Under the pieces are notes generated by a model. It made no database searches, was not told the origin of the DNA, and saw only the letters and a program-made list of their open reading frames with translations. This document shows positions 45,513 through 54,926 of a stretch of 55,092 bases of DNA, piece after piece. The stretch lies in assembly GCA_018828825.1 (NCBI GenBank), contig JAHJUV010000090.1:1-55092 (forward strand), given 5' to 3'. The position numbers and the translations under genes are program-made. Every line of letters begins with the position of its first letter. Position 1 is the first letter of the stretch. Source of the DNA: Planctomycetota bacterium. GTDB lineage: Bacteria; Planctomycetota; Phycisphaerae; Sedimentisphaerales; UBA12454.

Positions 45513-46580
45513 ATGAATCTTGAGGACTTGCGCAGGCAGATAGACCAGATTGATTCAAAGCTCGTAGAGCTGTTAAATCAGCGTGCGCAAGTAGTTATAG
45601 AAATCGGCAAACTCAAGGCCGACGGCCCCGTTTACGCCCCCGACCGCGAAAAAAAGGTCTTGGAACGCATCGCTGAGCTGAATAAAGGACCTTTGCCTGA
45701 CAAAACCCTAAACGCTGTTTGGCGGGAGTTGATGAGCGGCTCGTTTTTTCTCGAAAGGCCGTTGAGAATTTCGTACCTCGGCCCACAGGGCAGTTTTACG
45801 CATACCGCTTCGGTTCGCAAGTTCGGCCAAAGCGTCGAATACGAAGCCGTTATGGACATTCGTGGAATATTCGACGAGGTCGGCAAGGGACACTGCGATT
45901 TGGGTGTTGTTCCGATAGAAAATTCGTCCGGTGGCGGAGTAATCGAAACGCTCGACACGTTTGTCGATACGAGCGTGCTCATCTGCGCCGAAGTTTATAT
46001 GCCGATACATCACAATCTGCTTGCAAACTGCAAGCTCGAAGAAGTTGAAAAGATTTATTCCAAGCCGGAAGTCTTCGCCCAGTGCCGGCACTGGCTGAGT
46101 ATGACTTTCAAGGAGGCCAATACGATAGCTGTCGCCTCGACGGCAAAAGCGGCTCAAATGGCAGCGGAGGAAAAAAACGCCGCCGCCATCGGCTCCGACA
46201 TCGCCGCCGAACTATATGGATTAAGGATGATATGCGAGAATATCGAAGATATCGCAAATAACATAACGCGGTTCTTAATCATCAGCAAGGAGGATGCAAG
46301 GCCCAGCGGCGACGATAAGACTTCGGTTCTCTTCAGCACCGCCCACAAGGCAGGCGCTCTTGCCGATGTGCTGGACGTCTTCAAGAAAAAAGAGGTCAAC
46401 CTTACGAATATCGAATCCCGCCCGAGCAAGAAAAGGCAGTGGGAGTATTATTTCTTCGTCGATTGCCAGGGACACCGCAAAGACGAAAAAATTATAGATT
46501 GTCTCAACGAAGTAAGACAGCATTGTCTGCAGCTTTCCGTGCTCGGCAGCTATCCCAGAACTGACACATTGTTGGAATAA
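45513..46580 (+). CDS. pheA: bifunctional chorismate mutase / prephenate dehydratase (P-protein) with ACT domain
   Basis: CM helix LRRQIDQIDSKLVELLNQRA. PDT YLGPQGSFTH...PIENS and NITRFL motifs. C-terminal ACT with ESRP. Confidence 0.9.
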   Translation: MNLEDLRRQIDQIDSKLVELLNQRAQVVIEIGKLKADGPVYAPDREKKVLERIAELNKGPLPDKTLNAVWRELMSGSFFLERPLRISYLGPQGSFTHTASVRKFGQSVEYEAVMDIRGIFDEVGKGHCDLGVVPIENSSGGGVIETLDTFVDTSVLICAEVYMPIHHNLLANCKLEEVEKIYSKPEVFAQCRHWLSMTFKEANTIAVASTAKAAQMAAEEKNAAAIGSDIAAELYGLRMICENIEDIANNITRFLIISKEDARPSGDDKTSVLFSTAHKAGALADVLDVFKKKEVNLTNIESRPSKKRQWEYYFFVDCQGHRKDEKIIDCLNEVRQHCLQLSVLGSYPRTDTLLE

Positions 46581-46598
46581 TTTTCGGAGAACAGAATA

Positions 46599-47369
46599 AT
46601 GAGAAAACCGTTCATAGGCGGCAACTGGAAAATGAATACCGACGGCAAAAACGCTGTCGAACTTGCCAAAGGCGTAGCCCAAGGCTGCGCCGGCGTAATT
46701 GACAAGGTTGATGTCTCTGTCTGCCCGCCTTTTGTATATCTTTCAGCGGTGAAACAGGCTCTCGGCTCATCGAATATCGGCCTCGGCGCACAGAATGTTT
46801 ATTTCGAGGCGAAAGGCGCCTTTACAGGCGAAGTGAGCTGCCAAATGCTGAAAGACGTCGGCTGTAAAGATGTCCTCATCGGTCATTCAGAAAGAAGACA
46901 CGTTATCAAGGAAACTGATGCGCTGATTAACAAAAAACTCATCGCCGCGATAGAGGCGTCCCTGCTGCCGATATTCTGCGTCGGCGAGCTTCTCGAAGAA
47001 CGAAAAGCCGGAAAAACCGAACAGGTAGTTAAAGAGCAGATACAAAAAGGTATGGCGGGCATATCTGTCGAAAAGGCAAAAGCGGTTACTATCGCTTATG
47101 AGCCCGTCTGGGCAATCGGCACAGGCGTCAACGCCACCCCGAACCAGGCGCAGGAAGTTCATTTAATGATTCGACAGCTTATCGCTTCGATGTATAATAA
47201 GGACTTTGCCGCACAAATCAGGATTCAGTACGGCGGCTCGGCGAAGCCCGACAATGCCGCCGAATTGATGACTCAGCCGGATATCGACGGTCTGCTGGTC
47301 GGCGGCGCAAGCCTTAAAGCCGATGATTTTACCGCTATTGTTAAAGCGGCTGCTCCGGTAAAAAAATAA
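46599..47369 (+). CDS. tpiA: triosephosphate isomerase
   Basis: GGNWKMN, GHSERR and IAYEPVWAIGTG motifs. Confidence 0.95.
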   Translation: MRKPFIGGNWKMNTDGKNAVELAKGVAQGCAGVIDKVDVSVCPPFVYLSAVKQALGSSNIGLGAQNVYFEAKGAFTGEVSCQMLKDVGCKDVLIGHSERRHVIKETDALINKKLIAAIEASLLPIFCVGELLEERKAGKTEQVVKEQIQKGMAGISVEKAKAVTIAYEPVWAIGTGVNATPNQAQEVHLMIRQLIASMYNKDFAAQIRIQYGGSAKPDNAAELMTQPDIDGLLVGGASLKADDFTAIVKAAAPVKK

Positions 47370-47417
47370 AAACCGTTAAAATATAAATAATGAATCTAAT
47401 TTTTCAGGGATAATAAA

Positions 47418-47813
47418 ATGATTGATTTTGCATTGGCCGCGGTGCCGTTCGTAATGAAAGTCGTGGTTGCTCTCTGGGCAATCATAGCGGTGGTTTTGGT
47501 TCTTCTCGTTCTTATTCAGAAAGGCCGGGGCGGCGGGCTCGGCAGCGCTTTCGGCGGAATCGGGAATTCTCTGCTCGGTACAAAGACCGGAGACTTTCTT
47601 ACGTGGGTTACTATTTGTCTGGTAGCTGTGTGGCTCTTATTGAGTGTTGTTGCGGCCAAGTGGTTCAAGCCGCAGGCAAGCGAATTTCTCCAGAGCAGAC
47701 CGGCGACTTCAGCGCCTGCCGCTATGCCGGTTCAGCCCGAAGCGCCTCTGGCCGAACAGCAGGTACCGATTCAGGCACCGGCCGCAGCGCAGCCAAATAC
47801 TCCGGTAAACTAA
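47418..47813 (+). CDS. secG: preprotein translocase subunit SecG (with Pro/Ala/Gln-rich C-terminal tail)
   Basis: Two TMs flanking LIQKGRGGGLGSAFGG. Conserved tpiA-secG synteny. Confidence 0.8.
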   Translation: MIDFALAAVPFVMKVVVALWAIIAVVLVLLVLIQKGRGGGLGSAFGGIGNSLLGTKTGDFLTWVTICLVAVWLLLSVVAAKWFKPQASEFLQSRPATSAPAAMPVQPEAPLAEQQVPIQAPAAAQPNTPVN

Positions 47814-47829
47814 ATATAAAGGTAAATAT

Positions 47830-48714
47830 ATGTTGAACAGTATGACAGGATTTGCGCGTGTATGCCGGGAGATAGACGGCATAAGTTATGCGGTCGAGAT
47901 AAAAACGGTTAATAACCGTTATTTCAAGCCGGGCATCAGGCTGCCGGATTCCGCTACGTTTCTTGAGCAGGATATTGAAAAGCTCCTGCGTCAGAATATC
48001 TATCGCGGTGCGGTCAATTGCCAGTTGCGGTATAAAAACGTCAGCGGCGAGCCTATGTTCGACATAGATTCCGCTGCTTTGAAGAGTTATGTGGAAAAAT
48101 TAAACGACATCCAGCCCAGCAGTGGCGTCCAGTGCGGCATAAATCTTGCCGATTTGCTTCTGTTGCCCGGCGTTGTAAGACCGCAGGAGCCTGAAAATGG
48201 AAAGGCTCAGCAGGTTCGAAAAGCCGTCATTGAAGTAACGACCCAAGCCGTCGAGCAGCTCAAAAAAATGCGCGCACAGGAAGGTCAGTCGCTTGCCGAC
48301 GACCTCAAGCGGCAGTGTAACAAAATAACTCAGCTTCTTGAGGGTATAAAGTCTCGCGGCAAGGTGGTAATCGGCGAATACCAGGAAAGACTTGCCTCCC
48401 GTGTTAAGGACCTGCTTGCAAATGCTCGTCTTGAGCTTGACAGCGCGACTCTTGCAAGAGAAGTGGCGCTTTTTGCCGATAGGAGCGATATAAGCGAAGA
48501 AATTATCAGGCTCGGTTCGCATATCGAGCAGTTTCTTGCGAGCTGCCGGTCGGACGAATATGCCGGAAGGAAACTCGATTTTATCGCACAGGAAATGCTG
48601 CGGGAAGCTAACACCATCGCGAGCAAGGCTTCGGACGCGAAAATTTGTTCTGATGTGGTCGAAATAAAATCCTGCATTGAACGTATCAAGGAACAGGTGC
48701 AAAACATTGAGTAA
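47830..48714 (+). CDS. yicC: YicC-family stress-induced protein
   Basis: N-terminus MLNSMTGFAR. C-terminal DISEEI.RL..H and EMLREANTI.SKA motifs. Confidence 0.85.
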   Translation: MLNSMTGFARVCREIDGISYAVEIKTVNNRYFKPGIRLPDSATFLEQDIEKLLRQNIYRGAVNCQLRYKNVSGEPMFDIDSAALKSYVEKLNDIQPSSGVQCGINLADLLLLPGVVRPQEPENGKAQQVRKAVIEVTTQAVEQLKKMRAQEGQSLADDLKRQCNKITQLLEGIKSRGKVVIGEYQERLASRVKDLLANARLELDSATLAREVALFADRSDISEEIIRLGSHIEQFLASCRSDEYAGRKLDFIAQEMLREANTIASKASDAKICSDVVEIKSCIERIKEQVQNIE

Positions 48715-49291
48715 TCAGGAACACAACCCTGTCGAACAGCAGGTAATCGTTATAAGCGGGCCCAGTGGTGTAGGCAAAAGCACTATCTGTGGCGAGCTTG
48801 TTCAACGGCTTGATAATATTTATCTGAGTGTGTCTGCAACGACACGCGAGAAAAAGGATAGTGAGCAGCAGGACAGAGAGTATCATTTTATCAGCACCGA
48901 AGAGTTTGAAAGACAGATAGAGGCCGATAATTTTATCGAATACGCTAAAGTGTTCGGGAATTTATATGGTACGCCGAAAGACAAACTTGCCCAGGCTCTT
49001 GACCAGGGGAAAACAGTTGTATTGGAAATTGATGTTCAGGGTGCACTGCAGGTAAAGAAACTGTATCCTGAGGCGAAGTTGATTTTTATTTTTCCGCCGA
49101 AGCAGACGGAACTTCAAAATCGCATAAACGGTCGAGGCAGGGACGATGAAAAAGATATTGAAAAGAGACTTGCCGGAGCGGGCATAGAAATGGCCGCAGG
49201 TTGGCAGCATTATAAACATATAGTGATTAACGATAATCTGACTCATGCGGTAGAAGAAGTTATACAGATAATTAAAAAATCCGGAGAATAA
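48707..49291 (+). CDS. gmk: guanylate kinase
   Basis: P-loop ISGPSGVGKST, TTR and YGT motifs. The start is uncertain: TTG 48707 preferred, and the ORF opens at TTG 48677 overlapping yicC. Confidence 0.85.
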   Translation: MSNQEHNPVEQQVIVISGPSGVGKSTICGELVQRLDNIYLSVSATTREKKDSEQQDREYHFISTEEFERQIEADNFIEYAKVFGNLYGTPKDKLAQALDQGKTVVLEIDVQGALQVKKLYPEAKLIFIFPPKQTELQNRINGRGRDDEKDIEKRLAGAGIEMAAGWQHYKHIVINDNLTHAVEEVIQIIKKSGE

Positions 49292-49294
49292 ATT

Positions 49295-49525
49295 ATGATA
49301 GATGAACTGAAGAACAAGGAAATTTTTGAAAAAATCGGCGGCGCGTTCAAGGTCTCTGCCCTGATACAGAAAAGAATGGCCGAGATCCTCGAAGGCTCAA
49401 GGCCGCTTATCGAAAACACGGAAGGTAAAACGATGATGGAGATAATCGTCGAGGAAATTATGCAGGATAAGATTACCGCCGATTATGCCCCTGAGTCGCC
49501 AAAGGCCGATATCCCCAAATTATAG
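49295..49525 (+). CDS. rpoZ: DNA-directed RNA polymerase omega subunit (probable)
   Basis: 76 aa with FKVSALIQKRMAEILEG..PLI resembling the RpoZ core helix. Sits in the conserved gmk-rpoZ-coaBC position. Confidence 0.6.
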   Translation: MIDELKNKEIFEKIGGAFKVSALIQKRMAEILEGSRPLIENTEGKTMMEIIVEEIMQDKITADYAPESPKADIPKL

Positions 49526-49536
49526 GTATCTAAACA

Positions 49537-50109
49537 ATGGCACAGAAAAATTCTGCAATCAGCGGTTTGAAGGTTCTGCTCGGCGTAAGCGGCGGCGTTG
49601 CCGTCTATAAGGCCGTTGACCTTGCCAGCAAGCTTACAGCGGCCGGTGTTCTCGTCGATACCGTTATGACCGAAAACGCTTGCAGATTCGTTCTGCCGAA
49701 AAGTTTCGAGGCTGTAACAGCACGGCCGGTTTATACGAGTATGTGGGAAAACCCGGCTGGTTTCCAGATTGAGCATATCCATCTTACCGACAGTGCCGAT
49801 ATCGTTGTCGTCGCTCCGGCCACGGCGAATATCATCGGCAAGACCGCAAACGGCATCTGCGACGACCTTCTGAGCACAACGCTGTGTGCCTGCTCGCAGA
49901 AAAAGGTCCTGTTTGCACCGGCAATGAATGAAAAAATGTGGACAAATCCCACCGTCGGAAAAAATATCGAGACGTTAAAAAAAATGGGCTTTGAGATAAT
50001 CGGTCCTGAAAAAGGCAGATTAGCCTGCGGAACCGAAGGCATCGGCAGAATGTCGGAAGTGCCGGAAATAATTGCGCAAATCGAAAAGATAGCGAAAAAG
50101 AATAAATAG
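49537..50109 (+). CDS. coaC: phosphopantothenoylcysteine decarboxylase (flavoprotein, CoaC half)
   Basis: GVSGGVAVYKA, APATANIIGK and PAMNEKMW motifs. Ends at the position of the usual CoaBC linker. Confidence 0.9.
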   Translation: MAQKNSAISGLKVLLGVSGGVAVYKAVDLASKLTAAGVLVDTVMTENACRFVLPKSFEAVTARPVYTSMWENPAGFQIEHIHLTDSADIVVVAPATANIIGKTANGICDDLLSTTLCACSQKKVLFAPAMNEKMWTNPTVGKNIETLKKMGFEIIGPEKGRLACGTEGIGRMSEVPEIIAQIEKIAKKNK

Positions 50110-50118
50110 CAGCGAAAA

Positions 50119-50262
50119 ATTCTAAATACTAAATCCTAAACTCTAAACAAATTCAAAATACGAAATACTAATGTTCAAATTGAAAAAATGTTTATACTTT
50201 GATGATTTGAATTTATAAATTGGAATTTATTTAGGATTTAGATATTAGGATTTAGAAATTAA
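50119..50262. repeat. ~140-bp AT-rich imperfect palindrome built of ctaaatcc/ggatttag-type units
   Basis: The left arm aattctaaatactaaatcctaaactctaaacaaattcaaa mirrors the right arm tttgaatttataaattggaatttatttaggatttagatattaggatttagaaatt. It occupies the coaC-coaB gap. Confidence 0.7.
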
Positions 50263-50274
50263 TTTTGAGTCATT

Positions 50275-50886
50275 ATGATTAAAAATTTACATCTCTTAAT
50301 TACAGCGGGGGGCACAAGAGAATATATCGACCCTGTCCGTTTCATTTCCAACGCAAGCAACGGCAAAATGGGATTCGCGCTTGCCGATGCCGCCGCCAAG
50401 GCCGGTCATAAAGTTACACTTATAACCACAATCAAAAATTCCAAATTTAAAAGTGTTTATGTCGAAACGGCCGAACAAATGTTTGCAGCAGTCAGGAAAT
50501 ATTTCCCCAAATGTGATTGTTTGATAATGGCCGCCGCGGTTGCAGATTATACACCCGCTAAAAAATCGAAGCTGAAAATCAAAAAATCGGACAAAAATCT
50601 GACATTCAGACTGAAACCAACGGCTGATATCCTGAAATGGGCGGGGAAAAACAAAAAAAAGAATCAAATCGTTGCTGGCTTCGCTCTTGAAGATAAAAAC
50701 CTGCGTAAAAACGCTGAAGAAAAACTGAAAGACAAAAAACTCGATATGATAATCGCAAATACCCCGTCAACTATCGGCGCCGAAAAAGCAGCGGTTCAAA
50801 TAAAACAAAAAAACAAAAATTGGGTAACGCTGCAAAACGCAGATAAATCCTTAATTGCCAAAAAAATCGTTGCATTCATAAAATAG
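50275..50886 (+). CDS. coaB: phosphopantothenate--cysteine ligase (CoaB half)
   Basis: ITAGGTREYIDPVRFISNASNGKMG, AAAVADYTP and KIKK motifs. Confidence 0.9.
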   Translation: MIKNLHLLITAGGTREYIDPVRFISNASNGKMGFALADAAAKAGHKVTLITTIKNSKFKSVYVETAEQMFAAVRKYFPKCDCLIMAAAVADYTPAKKSKLKIKKSDKNLTFRLKPTADILKWAGKNKKKNQIVAGFALEDKNLRKNAEEKLKDKKLDMIIANTPSTIGAEKAAVQIKQKNKNWVTLQNADKSLIAKKIVAFIK

Positions 50887-50951
50887 TCATCCCGACAAAA
50901 TCGGAATTCCACAAATTTTACATTTTAAATTTTAATTTTTAAATTTTGTTA

Positions 50952-51476
50952 TCAGTCTTTTATGCCGAGGTCTTCTTTAGTCAAAATGCTTTCGAATTTG
51001 TAACCTGCATTTGTGATATTTTCACCCGCGCCCTGTTTGCGGTCGATTACAGAAACAATCTTTTTTATCTTCGCACCGGCTTCGGTTATTATCTTCGCGG
51101 CCTCTAAAACCTGCCCACCGGTCGTCGCGATATCCTCGACAAGCAGAACAACATCGTTTTTATTTAATACGCCCTCAATCATCTTGCTTGTGCCGTAATC
51201 TTTTTTACTGTTGCGGATAATTATCCATTTTTTGCCTGTATGCATTGCCGTTGCCGCCGCCAGCGCAACGCCGCCAAGTTCAGCCCCCGCAATCATCGTA
51301 ACATCGCTGCTGGCATACTTCGCAAATTCAGCGCCGAGAGCCTTCAAAATATCCGGCTGCGTCTCGAACAGATATTTATCCATATAGTATTTGCTCTTCT
51401 TGCCGCTCCGAAGCGTAAAGTCCCCCTCCAGATACGCCGTTTCCTTTATTCGCTTCGTAAGCTCTTGTTTATTCAT
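50952..51476 (-). CDS. pyrE: orotate phosphoribosyltransferase
   Basis: PRPP-binding motif VVLLVEDIATTGGQ. 174 aa. Confidence 0.9.
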   Translation of the reverse strand: MNKQELTKRIKETAYLEGDFTLRSGKKSKYYMDKYLFETQPDILKALGAEFAKYASSDVTMIAGAELGGVALAAATAMHTGKKWIIIRNSKKDYGTSKMIEGVLNKNDVVLLVEDIATTGGQVLEAAKIITEAGAKIKKIVSVIDRKQGAGENITNAGYKFESILTKEDLGIKD

Positions 51477-51492
51477 AGGTTACGTCTTTCTT

Positions 51493-52923
51493 TTACACTT
51501 TAAGCACTGTCTTTTTATTAAGTTTTCCGCGATATTTTTTCAATGTCGGCGAAACGACTTCTTTAATAAATTCATCGACCTGCTGAGGCGCTCTGCCGAC
51601 ATAATCGCCTGCGTTCAAAACTTTTTTGAAATCCACTTTTGCAAAAGCCGCATCGTTTTTCAATCGTTCGATTAAGTCATTCGGCTTTCCGAATTTTTTG
51701 ATCTGTCCGGCCGCCGCCTGTGAATGCACTCTGATTTTCTCGTGCAGTTTTTGTCTGTTTCCGCCCGCCTTGACGGCAGCCATCAGAATATTTTCAGTCG
51801 CCATAAACGGCAGTTCCGCTTCGATTCTCGCCGCTATCACTTTCGGATAAACCACAAGCCCGCTCGTCACATTAATCAAAATTTCGAGAATCCCGTCAGC
51901 CGCAAGAAATGCTTCCGGTATTACTATCCGCCGATTTGCCGAATCGTCCAGCGTCCTTTCGAGCCACTGCTCCGCCGCCGTCATCTGCGAACTGCTCGAA
52001 AGACTGATTAAAAATCTCGAAAGGGCGGTAACCCGTTCGCACCGCATCGGGTTCCTCTTATATGCCATCGCGCTTGAACCTATCTGCGATTTCTCGAATG
52101 GCTCTTCGACTTCTTTCAGGTTCGCAAGCAGCCTGATATCGTTGCATAGCTTATGGGCCGACAAGGCAATCTGCACAAGCGTATTTATCACGAGCGAATC
52201 TATCTTTCGTGAATATGTCTGGCCCGTAACGGCGCAAACCTTATCGAATCCGAACGCCTTTGCCACCATTTTATCGAGATGTTTAACCTTATTATGGCTT
52301 CCGCCGAACAGTTCGAGAAACGACGCCTGCGTTCCCGTCGTGCCTTTTACTCCTCTGAATGGAATATTTTCTATTCGGTACTCGATTTCGCTAAGGTCGC
52401 TGACAAAATCATTGCACCAAAGCGTCGCGCGTTTACCGACGGTCGTCAATTGTGCCGGCTGGAAATGTGTGAACCCCAGCGTAGGCAAATTGCGGTACTT
52501 TTTCGCAAAGCCCGCCAGAGAATTTACAAGACACGCCGTTTTGCCTGCGATAATCTGCATCGCGTTTCGCATAATTATCAAATCCGCATTGTCGCCCACA
52601 TAGCAGCTTGTCGCGCCAAGGTGTATTATCGGCGCAGCTTTCGGTGCGGCATCGCCGAACGTATGAATATGTGCCATCACATCGTGCCGAAACTTTTTCT
52701 CGTATTCAGCGGCCTTATCGAATTTGATATTATCGAGATGTTTCGCCATCTGGCTGATTTGTGCCGATGAAATTTTCAGCCCAAGCTTCTTTTCCGCCTT
52801 CGCAAGCTCCAGCCACAGCCGCCGCCAGGTGGAAAACTTCTTTTGATTGCTGAAAAGTTCAGACATCTCTTTTGAAGCGTTGCGCTCGACCAGCGGAGAA
52901 CTGTAAATATTATGATTTTTCAT
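51493..52923 (-). CDS. purB: adenylosuccinate lyase (long form)
   Basis: Signature [11 protein letters not shown]. Start chosen at ATG 52923 ([11 protein letters not shown]). The ORF opens at 52986. Confidence 0.9.
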   Translation of the reverse strand: MKNHNIYSSPLVERNASKEMSELFSNQKKFSTWRRLWLELAKAEKKLGLKISSAQISQMAKHLDNIKFDKAAEYEKKFRHDVMAHIHTFGDAAPKAAPIIHLGATSCYVGDNADLIIMRNAMQIIAGKTACLVNSLAGFAKKYRNLPTLGFTHFQPAQLTTVGKRATLWCNDFVSDLSEIEYRIENIPFRGVKGTTGTQASFLELFGGSHNKVKHLDKMVAKAFGFDKVCAVTGQTYSRKIDSLVINTLVQIALSAHKLCNDIRLLANLKEVEEPFEKSQIGSSAMAYKRNPMRCERVTALSRFLISLSSSSQMTAAEQWLERTLDDSANRRIVIPEAFLAADGILEILINVTSGLVVYPKVIAARIEAELPFMATENILMAAVKAGGNRQKLHEKIRVHSQAAAGQIKKFGKPNDLIERLKNDAAFAKVDFKKVLNAGDYVGRAPQQVDEFIKEVVSPTLKKYRGKLNKKTVLKV

Positions 52924-53020
52924 TTTTTTATATCCTAAAATTCCACTAATCAGTTTACCACAGCAAACATTTTTTGGCAATTGCAAATGCCCCTTTAATT
53001 TGTTATAAATCAGTTTCAGT

Positions 53021-53090
53021 GTTTAGCCCCGACCCCTGCGGTCGGGGTTTGTTATCGTGTTTGGCCCCCACCCTGTGGTGGGGGTTGTTT
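53021..53090. repeat. two tandem REP-like units (gtttagc-CCCGAC cccTgcg GTCGGGG; gtttggc-CCCCCACC ctgt GGTGGGGG)
   Basis: Hairpins at 53027-53047 and 53065-53084, read directly, in the purB/prfB divergent gap. Confidence 0.65.
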
Positions 53091-53112
53091 AGCTAAATTT
53101 TAAAGTAAAATT

Positions 53113-54234
53113 ATGGAATTAGTCCAGCTTAAACAGAGAATTAACGACCTCAGGGCCCGGATAACAAAAATCCGGGATTGTCTTGACGTCGCTGCCAAAC
53201 AGCAGCAGTTCGACCAACTCGCTCAGCAGATGTCAAAACCCGGTTTCTGGGACAATCAGGACTCCGCCAAATCCGTCGTCTCCCGCCTCAGCGCATTAAA
53301 AGCCGTCATTGAGCCCGCAATCGACGCCGAAAAGAAAATTACCGACATGGCCGAGCTTTTCGAGGTAGCCCTTGCCGAAAACAACTCCCAAATCATCTCC
53401 GATACCGAGCAGGAGCTTGGCCAACTCGAAAAAAAATGCGCCCAGATTGAGCTTACCGGTATGCTCAGCGGCCCGGATGATATGAAAAATTGCTTTTTCA
53501 GTATCCACGCCGGCGCAGGCGGAACAGAAAGCTGCGATTGGGTCAGTATGCTCCTGCGTATGTACACTCGTTTTTTCCAGCAGAACAAATTCACTTACGA
53601 AGAGCTTGATATGACCCCCGGCGAAGAAGCAGGCATCCGTTCCATTACACTCAAAGTCGCTGGCCCCTTTGCATTTGGCAAGCTTTCCTGCGAGTCCGGC
53701 GTCCATCGTCTCGTCAGGATAAGTCCTTTTGACGCCAACAAACGCCGCCATACAAGTTTCGCCGCAGTTGACGTTATGCCTGAATACGATGACGATATAG
53801 ATATCGAAATAGATGAGAAGGATTTGCGAATCGATTTTTATCGTGCCGGCGGCGCTGGCGGCCAGCACGTCAACAAAACAAGTTCGGCCGTCCGCATTAC
53901 TCACGCCCCGTCAGGAATTGTTACCCAGTGCCAGAGCGACCGCTCCCAGCATCGCAACAAGGCCGAAGCGATGAAAATGCTCAAGGCCAAATTATATATG
54001 CTCGAGCAGCAGAAGCGCGACGCCGAAGTCGCCAAACTCTACGGCAGCAAAGGCGAAATCGCATGGGGCAACCAGATTCGAAGCTACGTCCTCCAGCCTT
54101 ACCAGATGGTTAAGGACCACCGTACTGACTGCCAGACCGGAAAAGTTGACGCCGTCCTCGATGGCGATATAGAAGATTTCATAGATAGTTATTTGCAGTA
54201 CCGCGCCGAAAAAAAACATAAACACCACGATTAA
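53113..54234 (+). CDS. prfB: peptide chain release factor 2 (single uninterrupted ORF)
   Basis: SPF tripeptide (RISPFD) and GGQ (AGGAGGQHVNKT). No in-frame TGA or CTTTGAC site at the canonical codon ~25 position. Confidence 0.9.
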   Translation: MELVQLKQRINDLRARITKIRDCLDVAAKQQQFDQLAQQMSKPGFWDNQDSAKSVVSRLSALKAVIEPAIDAEKKITDMAELFEVALAENNSQIISDTEQELGQLEKKCAQIELTGMLSGPDDMKNCFFSIHAGAGGTESCDWVSMLLRMYTRFFQQNKFTYEELDMTPGEEAGIRSITLKVAGPFAFGKLSCESGVHRLVRISPFDANKRRHTSFAAVDVMPEYDDDIDIEIDEKDLRIDFYRAGGAGGQHVNKTSSAVRITHAPSGIVTQCQSDRSQHRNKAEAMKMLKAKLYMLEQQKRDAEVAKLYGSKGEIAWGNQIRSYVLQPYQMVKDHRTDCQTGKVDAVLDGDIEDFIDSYLQYRAEKKHKHHD

Positions 54235-54384
54235 CCCCCGCACCGGAGTTTACCCCTGCGAAGGCAGGGGGCGGGGAAATACCCTGCCTTGCAGGGTCGT
54301 TTTGATTCGTGCCGGGGGTGTTTAAATCGGTTAGCCCTGCCATCACGATGGCAGGGTTATTTAGCCCGCCTGCCTGCTGGCGGG
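54235..54384. repeat. array of at least four different GC-rich REP-like hairpins
   Basis: cccctgc-gaag-gcagggg (54253-54270), ccctgc-ctt-gcaggg (54282-54296), ccctgcc-atcacgat-ggcaggg (54325-54346) and cccgcc-tgcctgct-ggcggg (54365-54384). Several are preceded by ttagc. Confidence 0.65.
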
Positions 54385-54390
54385 TTCGCC

Positions 54391-54429
54391 GTCATTGCGA
54401 GGCCGCTTCGGCCGCGGCAATCTCGTTTG
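54391..54429. repeat. member of the gtcattgcgag...gcaatctcgttt repeat family
   Basis: gtcattgcgaggccgcttcggccgcggcaatctcgttt. Confidence 0.6.
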
Positions 54430-54441
54430 TCATTTCCTTAA

Positions 54442-54554
54442 TTTTTTCTCGTTGAGTTTTTTAAAAAAAAGAGATATAATTCTTACGAAGCAACGAGGAA
54501 TTGCATCAGGAACTTGTTATACTGAAAAAGAAGTCTGTGTTTCTTGTTTTATAC
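54442..54554 (-). repeat. ~113-nt dispersed repeat, inverted partner of 60-149
   Basis: Its reverse complement aligns with 60-149 in long identical blocks, with two short extra segments. Confidence 0.7.
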
Positions 54555-54599
54555 AGACGGCATAAGCATTGTTGGGATTTCAGAAACGGAAGCTAATCA

Positions 54600-54926
54600 A
54601 TGAATTATGTAATGATTCTCGTCGGGGCGATGTTATCTTTCCTGTCGTACAGATGGTCATTTTACTATAGGTGCAACCCAAATTACTACCGGCTTAAAGG
54701 CCGCTCTGAGGTCACCCAGCTTTGGTTTGAGACTGCATCAAATGTAATATTCTTTGGTGGGTACGGTCTTATCATTTTCTCAAGTGGTTTTCGTCTATCC
54801 CGAATTGGAATCAATCTTGGAATAGTTATCCTTCTTCACTTTGTCGTGTTCCCAATTCTTGGACCGAGGTGGAGGCGGAGAGAGAAAGAAAATCCCAACA
54901 ACGGAACCACCCCAAGAAGCCAATAG
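54600..54926 (+). CDS. hypothetical small membrane protein
   Basis: 108-aa ORF with 3 hydrophobic segments, AT-rich. No recognisable family. Confidence 0.4.
   Translation: MNYVMILVGAMLSFLSYRWSFYYRCNPNYYRLKGRSEVTQLWFETASNVIFFGGYGLIIFSSGFRLSRIGINLGIVILLHFVVFPILGPRWRRREKENPNNGTTPRSQ

Noticed and set aside
50887-50951. Terminator between convergent coaB and pyrE
   Set aside because: Only a 4-5 bp stem (ccga/tcgg) in very AT-rich sequence. It is not convincing as a rho-independent terminator.
54235-54432. Hairpin array considered as a possible CRISPR array
   Set aside because: The palindromic units differ from each other in sequence and length. There are no constant direct repeats separated by unique spacers. 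No cas genes are present.
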